From Rhizobium sp. (GTDB taxonomy: Bacteria; Pseudomonadota; Alphaproteobacteria; Rhizobiales; Rhizobiaceae), in contig JAHHDR010000025.1 of NCBI GenBank assembly GCA_019739215.1, forward strand, positions 8,959-72,958: DNA of 64,000 nucleotides, written 5' to 3'. This document shows, one piece after another, positions 1 to 8,079 of this stretch. The position numbers and the translations under genes are program-made. The notes beneath the pieces are model-generated. The model did no database searches. It was not told where the DNA came from and was given only the letters and a program-made list of their open reading frames with translations. Within the stretch, counting starts at the first letter, position 1; each line of letters starts with the position of its first letter.

Positions 1-1
1 G

Positions 2-1084
2 GAAAAGGGCATCATTACACCAACGAAGAACATAACATTCCTGCAGTTTTACTCAGCTGCCGGCGGCGATGGCTTGGAGGCGATGGATGTTAAAGTTCGA
101 GGATGGACCCCTCCCAAATTCTTGCTGAACGATCTGCATCTTGTCGACTGGAATGGAGATGGCCACTTAGACATTTTCATTCCGTCAGAAGATCCAGCTA
201 AAGGGGGCGTGAGACAAGCTGAGCGGGTGTATTTGAATGACGGCACCGGAAACTTCGATCGCCTGAATCAAAAGTTCCTGCCTAGCGGCGACAACCCGAA
301 CAACAACGAATTTGGTGATTATGTCGATGCCAACGGAGACGGCATTATGGATGTTATCGTTCGGCCGAAAGGGTTCGATGGAAGCTGGCAAAAGTGGGAC
401 AAGTTTTCAGAAACCCTCTATCTCGGCACCAAGCGTATCGCGAGCTCTGACTCTGTGCACAATGCTGCCCAAGACGGGGCGGCCGGGTTCAATGAGGATT
501 ATTATCTAAACCATATAGACGGCACCGAAAAAATGATGCGTGGCGCAGGCTTTGGTTCGGCGCTCGAGCACTTTCTCGCCGTGGGCAAGGAGAGCGGAGC
601 GTTTGGTTTCGCTGCAGGCACTCACGTCTATGGCTACAGCGGCTCCGAAACGATCACCTTGCGCGAAGGCAACGAGACTGTCGATGCTTTTGGCGGGGAC
701 GACATCCTCACCGGCGCCGGCGGTGCGGACACCCTCAACGGCGGCAAGGGAGCTGACACCTTCGTTTACCTAGCAGTGACCGACAGCGGCGTAACGGCAA
801 CAACACGCGATGTGATCGAAGACTTCGTTTCAGGAACCGATCGCATCGATCTCTCCGGCATCGATGCAATCGCCGGGACGGTGTCAAACGACGCCTTCAA
901 CTTCCTGGAGGCGGAGGGTGCAGCCTTTACCGGGCAAGCGGGGGAACTGCGCTTGTACTCCACCGGATCTGGCGCGGCCGCGGGCAGGATCCTCGAGGGA
1001 GACGTCGATGGTGACGCTGTTGCCGACTTCCAAATCGAGTTGCTTGGCACCGGCACTATCAATCTAGCAGATATCTCGCTTTGA
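2..1084 (+). CDS. RTX-type Ca-binding secreted protein with FG-GAP/VCBS-like repeats and serralysin-like C-terminus (5' partial)
   Basis: Frame is open from base 2. DWNGDGHLD and DANGDGIMD repeats; GGxGxD nonapeptides (GGDDILTGAGGADTLNGGKGADTF); C-terminal DRIDLSGIDA...GDVDGDAVADFQIEL. Confidence 0.85.
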   Translation, partial: EKGIITPTKNITFLQFYSAAGGDGLEAMDVKVRGWTPPKFLLNDLHLVDWNGDGHLDIFIPSEDPAKGGVRQAERVYLNDGTGNFDRLNQKFLPSGDNPNNNEFGDYVDANGDGIMDVIVRPKGFDGSWQKWDKFSETLYLGTKRIASSDSVHNAAQDGAAGFNEDYYLNHIDGTEKMMRGAGFGSALEHFLAVGKESGAFGFAAGTHVYGYSGSETITLREGNETVDAFGGDDILTGAGGADTLNGGKGADTFVYLAVTDSGVTATTRDVIEDFVSGTDRIDLSGIDAIAGTVSNDAFNFLEAEGAAFTGQAGELRLYSTGSGAAAGRILEGDVDGDAVADFQIELLGTGTINLADISL

Positions 1085-1820
1085 TGCCGTGACCCGATGG
1101 TGCCGTTCTTCGGGTCGGCACCGCCTCACAGGCATAGGTTTCGCCCCCTCTCGCCGCGTACAAGTCCACATCAAATCGAAACGACCTGCAAGGCCTTTCG
1201 GGTCTTCGGTTTCGGTCCTGCTCAGTCTGTGCATGCCGTGCACACACTCAACGCGCCTCATCCTCTCACCTGTAGCAGCTCGCAGGCCGATGGCCTCGCT
1301 GGTCATGGGATAGGGCAGGGCATGCGCACGCCGCCGGCCACGATGCCAGGGCAGGACCTGCAGCTCACAGGGCACGCGCCTCGCCCTCAAAGAAGGGGCA
1401 TGACATGCCGACACCACGGGCCGACCACTGCCAGGATAGGGGCTCGCCTCACAGAGGGCGCAGGACGCGCGCGGGCCGCATGATGCAATGCGTGATGGTT
1501 GATGCGCTCGCCTCTCCTCGGCGGCCTCAGGCGCGGGAATGGCGAGCCCTTTAGGGGCCGTATGTACCCTCACCCCACCGCGGGAGCGCAGCCCCCGGAT
1601 ACTGCCGCACCTTATGTTCTCTAGGGGAGGTCTTCCCCGCCATGGCAATCGTTGAAATCACTCACCTTTCGGCGCTCAGATTGTGCGCCTCGCCCTCGAC
1701 GGGGTTCCAGATCGATGGCGTTCCGACTTTCAGCGCGAGCAACGGCTTCCACACCTGTCCAGTTCTTCGCGCGCCCGATGCCGGGTAGATTTATGGCATC
1801 GATTTAGCGAGGGCTTGATA

Positions 1821-2357
1821 GTGGCAAGAACGTCGAAACCGGCGGGTGACTGGATCCCGGAGACCTGCAGCAAGGCAGACCTTGCCGTTTTGTTCGGGGT
1901 ATCGATCAGGACGATCTCCGACCTCGATCAGCGCGCAATTATCACCCGAGGGCCAAAGCGCGGGCAGTTCGTCACGCGGCCCTCGATCGATGCCTATGTC
2001 GGCAGCCTTCGGAAGACGGCCGCCGGCCGATCGGAGGAGACGAAAAGCGCCTTGACCGACGAGCGCCTCGCGACAGAGCGCGTCACCCGACAGATTCAGG
2101 AAATGAAGCTTGCCGAGATGCGAAGCGAAGTCCTCACCCTGGATGAGGTCACCGACGCGTGGGGCAAGATCGCCACGCTGACCAAGCAGGCCGCACTGTC
2201 GATACCCAGCAAGGCGAGGACGATGATCCCGCACCTGACTGCGCATGATGCCGAGACGCTGAAGACCTTGATGAAGGACATGTTGAACGACCTCGCCGAC
2301 GAGGTCGCGGACGCCGGTGCTGGCGCCGACCCTGAGAAGATCAAGCCGGAATCCTGA
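1821..2357 (+). CDS. Phage terminase small subunit, lambda Nu1-like
   Basis: N-terminal wHTH (SKADLAVLFGVSIRTISDL), coiled coil (ERLATERVTRQIQEMKLAEMRSEVL) and LSIPSK motif typical of Nu1-like proteins. GTG at 1821 follows GAGGG. Confidence 0.7.
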   Translation: MARTSKPAGDWIPETCSKADLAVLFGVSIRTISDLDQRAIITRGPKRGQFVTRPSIDAYVGSLRKTAAGRSEETKSALTDERLATERVTRQIQEMKLAEMRSEVLTLDEVTDAWGKIATLTKQAALSIPSKARTMIPHLTAHDAETLKTLMKDMLNDLADEVADAGAGADPEKIKPES

Positions 2358-2368
2358 GAGGATGAACC

Positions 2369-2803
2369 ATGACCGACGAGAACACCGCCACCCCGACTAC
2401 TGAGAAGTCCGCCACGGGCTCGGCCGGCTGGACTGAAGCAACCAAAGACATGGCCATCTATGGCGCCGTCGATCTGGCGCCCGCGCTTGAACCCCGCTAC
2501 GTCTCCGAAACTCCCAGGAGCAAGATCATCGCGCTGGAATGGCCTGTCGAGTTCGACGGCAAGGTCTATCACCAGATCCGGGTTCATCGGGTCACCGGCA
2601 AGGAAATGCGCGACTTCATGGAAGAGCTGCGCAGCGGCGACGGTGCGGTGATGCCGCCGATGATCGATTGCCCGCTGGCGGTCTGGGAAGGCATGGACGC
2701 AGATGATCAGCACACGCTCGATGAAGCCGCCGGCGAGTTCATGCCGAAGCGGCTGAAGATGCTGCAGCAGGCCGCCGCAGCACTCGACACCGCGGGCAAC
2801 TGA
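2369..2803 (+). CDS. Phage tail assembly chaperone (gpE/41/14-like)
   Basis: IALEWPVEFDGKVYHQIRVHRVTGKE...MDADD...FMP pattern; lies directly upstream of a tape-measure-like gene; SD GAGG. Confidence 0.7.
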   Translation: MTDENTATPTTEKSATGSAGWTEATKDMAIYGAVDLAPALEPRYVSETPRSKIIALEWPVEFDGKVYHQIRVHRVTGKEMRDFMEELRSGDGAVMPPMIDCPLAVWEGMDADDQHTLDEAAGEFMPKRLKMLQQAAAALDTAGN

Positions 2804-2829
2804 TCACCACCAGCCAGGAGGGCAGCACC

Positions 2830-4007
2830 ATGGCCAGAACATTCATCGGCGAGATCATCCTTCGCCTCAAGGACGACATGAGCGGCAAGGCCAGGGCGGC
2901 CGCCAACAATCTCGACACCTCGATCGGGAAGATCCAGCGTGCAGCCCAGCAGCTCAATCGCACCACTTGGGGCGGCCAGTTCGAAGAACGGCTTCGGAAG
3001 CTGGGCACGTCTGCCGGCGATATCGACAAGCTCCGGTTGGCCTGGGACCAGCTCCACACATCGATGAGCTCGATGAACCTCGGCAAGGCGATGCAGTCGC
3101 TGGAGAAGCAGAACTTCAAGACGGCGGCGCTGGGCTACTTCGCCGATATCGCGACGAAAGCCAAGGATGCTGAAACCAGCATCGGGCGCATGCACTCGCG
3201 GTGGAAGGAAGCCGCCAAGGATATGGCGGTTTACGGCACCGTCGGCGCGCTGATGTATGGCACGGCCGGCGCCGTCCGCGGCGGCATTGTCGCCAATGCC
3301 GAATTCCAGCGCGAGAAGAAGCGGCAGAGCGACGCCAGTCTTTCGGCGGTCGACCAGACCAAGATCCTTTCCACTGCCGATCGCCTGACAACGCTCCACC
3401 CGAGCGCCGGCATCGTCGACGTGATGGAGATGGTGCGCGCAGCGCGCAACATGATGGGCACCACTGATCGCGGTCTTCAGATCCTGCCTGACCTGGTCAA
3501 GGGCCTGGTCGCGCTGCAGACGGCCAAGGGCGTCGATGCCGCCCCGGAGGAGTTGAGCCGACTGCTGCGGGCGATCGACAACTCCGGCAAGAACAGTGAG
3601 GGCGATCTCGGGATCAAGGATACGAAGGAGATCATCGCCGGCCTGATCAGGGCAGCCCAGATCGAAGGGCGGGAACTCGACGTCGGCGACATGTGGACAT
3701 TCATGCGCCGCGCCAAGATCGCCGGCCCGGGCTTCTCGACTGACTTTCTCGCCAACGTGACACCGGGCCTCATTCAGGACATGACCGCACCGAGCAGCGT
3801 GCCAGCACGATCGGCAACGGTATCGCCACCGCTCTGGCAGTGTCCGCCCGGCCAGTAGTCGACACCGCGACCCTCGAGCGGGCTCTCCAACTGGCGAACC
3901 AATTCAGGGCGGCGCTTGCGGGCGTCGGGCCGGCCGTGCAGGCGGCTCATTCATCGGTCTCGCGCCAGATGAACCGCAACTTCACTGACTTCGGGGTGAC
4001 GCCATAG
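2830..4007 (+). pseudogene. Phage tail tape measure protein, internally deleted / frameshifted
   Basis: MARTFIGEIILRLKDDMSG N-terminus and Ala/Gly-rich helical body. The ORF drifts into Pro/Ser-rich junk after about 3790 and stops at 3858, while another frame (3792-4007) encodes a plausible C-terminus (EQRASTIGNGIATALAV...NRNFTDFGVTP*). Confidence 0.65.
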
Positions 4008-4008
4008 C

Positions 4009-4033
4009 GGAACGATTGGCCGAGATCAGCATT
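4009..4033 (+). promoter_or_regulatory. Candidate sigma-EcfG (RpoE2/SigT) general stress response promoter
   Basis: GGAAC-N16-CATT against the consensus GGAAC-N16/17-CGTT. Confidence 0.5.
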
Positions 4034-4038
4034 TCACC

Positions 4039-4100
4039 AACAAGTTGGTGCGACCCACTCGATGGGCACCTAGACCGGCCTCCCTGGCCGGTTCTTTTTT
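4039..4100 (+). ncRNA. Candidate ~60-nt two-hairpin small RNA or structured leader
   Basis: Hairpin GGTGC(GAC)CCA-CTCGA-TGG-GCACC, then ACCGGCC-TCCCT-GGCCGGT followed by TCTTTTTT, directly after the EcfG-like promoter. Confidence 0.4.
4074..4100 (+). terminator. Intrinsic terminator-like hairpin
   Basis: 7-bp GC stem ACCGGCC/GGCCGGT plus U-tract TCTTTTTT. Confidence 0.65.
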
Positions 4101-4110
4101 GGAGGTCACC

Positions 4111-4311
4111 ATGAATAACAGCCAAACCGACAGCGCCGACCGATTGCAAGCGCTGGTCAAGATGGAAGTTTCCGACATCGTGGCGACGGCGAATGAAGAA
4201 GGCTTCTCCGCCAAAGACGCTCTTGCAGCCCTCAGCCTTGCCGTGAGTGCCAGCGCGGCGGCTCTTGAGCAGGATCCGGACCCAGCAGAGGATCCGGCCA
4301 CCCTGATTTAG
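4111..4311 (+). CDS. Small acidic hypothetical protein (66 aa)
   Basis: Strong SD GGAGG 5 nt before the ATG at 4111; helical body ending DPDPAEDP. Confidence 0.65.
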   Translation: MNNSQTDSADRLQALVKMEVSDIVATANEEGFSAKDALAALSLAVSASAAALEQDPDPAEDPATLI

Positions 4312-4313
4312 GC

Positions 4314-4568
4314 GTGGGGAGCAAGATCGTGTTCGCCAAGGTTGCGGTGACCGCTTGCGCTGCGTTCTCCACGGTCTCGGTCGATCAGGCCCGTGCGACC
4401 AGCAGTATCGAACAGAAGACGGTGATCGCTAGGCTCTGCTCACGAGTGATCAGTGACTACACCGCTTACCTTGCCGGCAGAAAGACGCCTCACGATGTCC
4501 GGGCCCTTGAGCGGGAATATGAGCACTGCGCAGCGGTGATATATGAATATGAAAACCTCATTCGTTGA
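4314..4568 (+). CDS. Small putative exported protein
   Basis: Hydrophobic N-terminus ending ARA (signal-peptide-like); two further Cys. Confidence 0.45.
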   Translation: MGSKIVFAKVAVTACAAFSTVSVDQARATSSIEQKTVIARLCSRVISDYTAYLAGRKTPHDVRALEREYEHCAAVIYEYENLIR

Positions 4569-5720
4569 TGTGTCTGTACGACCGGCAGAGCGGCGCTTGG
4601 GCCGTTACCTGCCGATCAGGCTGAATATAAAGATCGATGCCGGCGCCATCAGGTCGCAGTAAGCGTCTTAGCCACATCCCGCGTTGGCGGCTGGAATGTC
4701 TTGCGTTTCTACGCTAATACGAACCCCAAGATGCCTATCCTCAAGGCCACACGCATGCCCTTCAGCGATCCAAACCACCCATTGGCGAAAGCTGAAAACC
4801 TGCGTCGCGCCATCCACGCCGCGGGTGTTGCGCTTTGGGCATGGGAGGTCGAAACTGATCGCTTTGCTATGGATGAGCAGGCCTTCCGCCTTTGGGGACT
4901 TCCGCAAAGCGGTTCGGTCAAGTTCGAAGACCTCTCTGCTCACATCCATCCAGCCGATAGGAACCGTGTGCGGGAGGCCTTCACCGCGACGAGGGGTATC
5001 ATCGGATCCTACGAGATTGATTTCCGCATCATGGTGGGGGATGAAATACGCTGGATATCAGCACGAGGCCTCGGCGACGATGAGGGGCTTCACCAGGGGC
5101 AGATGTTCGGCATTTTTCTCGATGTCACCGGGCGCAAGCAAGCCGAGGAAAGCAACGAACTACTCGCCGGTGAAATGAGCCATCGCGTCAAAAATCTATT
5201 GGCGATCGCGGTGGGGCTTACCAATATCACATCGCGCTCAACCGCGACTGCCGATGAGATGGCCAAGACGCTAACGGCGAGACTGACGGCACTCGGGCGG
5301 GCGCATGATCTCGTCCGTCCGCTTCCCGGAGCGCAAGGACGAGCGGCGCTTCTGGGTGACCTTCTTTCGATATTGCTGGCCCCTTATGAGGACATGGGGG
5401 CCTTCAGCGGGCGTATTCGGATCTCGGTGCCGCGCATGGGCGTGGGCGAAGGCGCTGCTACTGCGCTGGCCCTGATTTTTCACGAGTTGGCGACCAATTC
5501 TCTGAAGTATGGCGCGCTGTCCACCGATGCTGGAATCCTTGACCTGTCAGGGACCGGAGACGATGAGAATGTTGAACTCGTCTGGACCGAGCGAGGGGGC
5601 CCCTTGGTTGAAGATCCGAATGGTGTCGAAGGATACGGAAGCAAGCTGGTCAAGCGAAGCATTGAATAGCCCCGAGATTTGTAGACACCTTCTTCCTAAT
5701 TTTGAGGCAAGAAGAGCATC

Positions 5721-5993
5721 ATGAGCAAATCGAATTTCAGCGACGAGTTTAAGCGCGACGCGGTGCGTCAGATCACCGAACGGGGCTATCCGGTTTCGGA
5801 AGTTTCACAGCGGCTGGGTGTCAGCCAGCACTCGCTCTATGAGTGGAAGAAGAAGTTCTCCTCGATGCCCGGTGGCCATGGTAGCGACCAGTCAGAGGAG
5901 ATCAGGCAGCTCAAGAGGGAACTGGCGCGGGTCACCGAGGAGCGCGACATATTAAAAAAAGCGACCGCGTATTTCGCCAGGGATGCAAAGTGA
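5721..5993 (+). CDS. IS3 transposase OrfA (HTH)
   Basis: FSDEFKRDAV...LGVSQHSLYEWKK HTH; ERDILKKA C-terminus. Confidence 0.93.
   Translation: MSKSNFSDEFKRDAVRQITERGYPVSEVSQRLGVSQHSLYEWKKKFSSMPGGHGSDQSEEIRQLKRELARVTEERDILKKATAYFARDAK
5954..5961 (+). other. -1 programmed ribosomal frameshift site (AAAAAAAG) fusing OrfA and OrfB
   Basis: A7G at the orfA 3' end; orfB is in the -1 frame, the established IS3-family arrangement. Confidence 0.8.
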
Positions 5994-6850
5994 AGTACGC
6001 GTTCGTTGCCCAGCATCAACAGCGGTTTTCGGTGCGAATGATGTGTCGCCTGTTCCGCATCCATCCCAGCGGGTTTTATGCCTGGCTTCGGATGCCCTTG
6101 AGCAAGCGTGCCTTTGAGGACAAGCGGCAGATCGATCTGCTCCAGACGGCTTGGGAAGAGAGCGGCAAGGTCTACGGGTATCGCAAGCTTCATGACGACC
6201 TGCTCGATCACGGCGAGACATGCTGCCCCAACCGGGTTGCGCGTCTGACGCGGATTGCCGGGATAAAGGCTCAGATCGGCTACAAGCGCCGTCCCGGAGT
6301 TTATGGCGGCAGGCCTTCCATTGTCATCGACAACACTCTGGACCGTCAATTCGACGTTGCTGCTCCGGACAAGGCGTGGGTCACGGACATCACCTACATC
6401 CGGACCAACGAAGGCTTCGCCTATCTCGCGGTGGTGATCGATCTCTATTCCCGCCGTGTCATCGGCTGGTCGATGCAGAGCCGTCAGACAACGGATGTCG
6501 TGCTGCAGGCGTTGCTGATGGCTGTCTGGAGGCGAAAGCCAAAGGAAAAGGTTCTGGTGCATTCGGATCAGGGATCGCAATTCACCAGCATGGACTGGGC
6601 AGCGTTCCTGAAGCACCACAATCTGGTTCACTCGATGAGCCGACGGGGCAACTGCCATGACAATGCCGTCGCTGAGAGCTTCTTCAATCTGTTGAAGCGG
6701 GAGCGGATACGCCGAAAGGTCTATCGCTCAAGAGACGAAGCTAGGCAGGACGTGTTCGACTATATCGAGATGTTCTACAACCCGAAGCGCAAACATGTCA
6801 GAAACGGGATGCTGTCGCCCGTCGAGTTCGAAAAGCAGCAGAAAACGTAA
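5990..6850 (+). CDS. IS3 transposase OrfB (DDE / rve core)
   Basis: WVTDITY, HSDQGSQF and DNAVAESFF DDE motifs. Confidence 0.95.
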   Translation: MKYAFVAQHQQRFSVRMMCRLFRIHPSGFYAWLRMPLSKRAFEDKRQIDLLQTAWEESGKVYGYRKLHDDLLDHGETCCPNRVARLTRIAGIKAQIGYKRRPGVYGGRPSIVIDNTLDRQFDVAAPDKAWVTDITYIRTNEGFAYLAVVIDLYSRRVIGWSMQSRQTTDVVLQALLMAVWRRKPKEKVLVHSDQGSQFTSMDWAAFLKHHNLVHSMSRRGNCHDNAVAESFFNLLKRERIRRKVYRSRDEARQDVFDYIEMFYNPKRKHVRNGMLSPVEFEKQQKT

Positions 6851-7014
6851 CCGGAGGGTGTCTACGAAACTCGGGGCTATTCACATCAATGGCCACCTCG
6901 GTGGTGACATCACATACCGCTGGTCTTCAGAAGGCGTCGTTGTGGTCCTCAAACTGAAGGCCAAAAGGCTTGCCAGTTGAAACATCACCGCCCGTGGATG
7001 GTAAGCAGCCGGGT

Positions 7015-7254
7015 TTAGCGCGCGAAGCCAGCAGGGTCCGGCAAGTCGACTATCTGGAAGACATTGCCATCAACATCGGACACGTGGACCTTCAGCCCCT
7101 GCAGAAGCTCGGGTTTCTCGATAAAACCGCTAACCACGAGATCTCCCACTCGTCGGGCTTCATTTATGGCAGCCCGCGAGTCCGGAAGCTCAGTCCCTGT
7201 TGAGTCTGATATCACCGACCCGCCATTTTTGACGTTGAAAAAATATCGCGGCAC
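7015..7254 (-). CDS. DUF6894-like small protein
   Basis: MPRYFFNV...D..G.ELPD..AA..EARR...VSDVDG pattern. Confidence 0.7.
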   Translation of the reverse strand: MPRYFFNVKNGGSVISDSTGTELPDSRAAINEARRVGDLVVSGFIEKPELLQGLKVHVSDVDGNVFQIVDLPDPAGFAR

Positions 7255-7349
7255 TGGCGCTTCTCATTGCTGACTAGGCAGGAAACAGCGGCCGGGAAGA
7301 AATGTTGCATCCATGGGCGCACTGTAGCGGTGACCTGAGAAGTCGGCGA

Positions 7350-8030
7350 TCAGAGCGGGTTGATCCCCGGATCGCCGGTGAAGCGCGACGAGTTCACGTC
7401 CCGGCTCACGCGGTGGAACTGTAGCTGGCCGTCGAGGTGATGATCGAGAAGCTCCATCGCATCCGTTGGCGAGGTCTCAGAGGACAGCCACTCGTCATAG
7501 ACGGCCGGATCGAGGATCACCGGCATCCGGTCGTGAAGCTCGCTGAAGGGCTCCTCTGCCGGCCTGGTGATGATCGTGCAGCTTGTCACGCCGAGCTTGT
7601 CGTTGTGCGCCCATAGGCCCGCGAACGAGAACGGCGCGCCGCCCGGGAGATGGATGTACCACGGGTCTTTCGTCTTGCCCTTCGGATCCTCGGGAGCGAT
7701 CGTCCATTCATAGAAGCCGTCGGCCGGGATCAGGCAGCGCTTGGACTTGAAGGCGTCCTTGAAGGCGCCGGACGTGGCAACCGTCTCGATCCTGGCATTG
7801 AACATCGCCGCCTTGGGCATCTCCTTCGCCCACCAGGGCACCAGCCACCAGCGGGCATCCTCGGCGATCTCGTTGCCGTCCCTGTCGTTGTGGACGATCG
7901 GGACGGTCTGCGTCGGGCTGATGTTGAACCGCGGCGGCATGTCGTTGCGCCCGGCGTAGGGATCAAGCGTCAGGTTGTAGAGCCGGACGATGTCAGCCCA
8001 GGACAGGCGATGGGTGAAGCGGCCGCACAT
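7350..8030 (-). CDS. SOS response-associated peptidase (SRAP / YedK / HMCES family)
   Basis: N-terminal MCGRF, FNARIET, RCLIPADGFYEW and HDRMPVIL. Confidence 0.93.
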   Translation of the reverse strand: MCGRFTHRLSWADIVRLYNLTLDPYAGRNDMPPRFNISPTQTVPIVHNDRDGNEIAEDARWWLVPWWAKEMPKAAMFNARIETVATSGAFKDAFKSKRCLIPADGFYEWTIAPEDPKGKTKDPWYIHLPGGAPFSFAGLWAHNDKLGVTSCTIITRPAEEPFSELHDRMPVILDPAVYDEWLSSETSPTDAMELLDHHLDGQLQFHRVSRDVNSSRFTGDPGINPL

Positions 8031-8050
8031 GTAACCTCCGATCCGCCGCG

Positions 8051-8079
8051 ATGCTATGGACGGGGCTCGCGGGCGTCAA
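8051..8079 (-). promoter_or_regulatory. Sigma70-type promoter of the SRAP gene
   Basis: Minus strand TTGACG-N17-TAGCAT, followed by SD GGAGG before the ATG. Confidence 0.55.

Larger units (their letters stand above)
5663..6883 (+). mobile_element. IS3-family insertion sequence, 1221 bp, complete
   Basis: IRL TGAATAGCCCCGAGATTTGTAGACACC vs reverse-complemented IRR TGAATAGCCCCGAGTTTCGTAGACACC (25/27); TG...CA ends; 3-bp target duplication CAT (5660-5662 and 6884-6886); orfA/orfB layout. Confidence 0.95.
4701..6980 (+). pseudogene. PAS domain HWE-family sensor histidine kinase, interrupted by IS3-family element
   Basis: PAS (IHPADR...RWISARG), H-box GEMSHRVKNLL, HELATNSLKYGAL, WTERGGP and GYGS motifs. 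Removing 5663-6883 plus one CAT copy restores ...KRSINGHLGGDITYRWSSEGVVVVLKL...* ending at 6980. True start may be the ATG at 4731 or 4755. Confidence 0.9.

Noticed and set aside
1064-1648. ORFs in the gap between the RTX gene and terS (e.g. 1064-1648 -, 1097-1483 +)
   Set aside because: Arg/Pro/Ala-rich translations with no motif or SD; more likely non-coding late-promoter/cos DNA.
1683-1820. N-terminal extension of terS in the ORF track
   Set aside because: Nu1-like similarity and the SD begin at the GTG at 1821.
6795-6980. 61-aa ORF as an independent gene
   Set aside because: It is the IS end read into the severed C-terminus of the HWE kinase.
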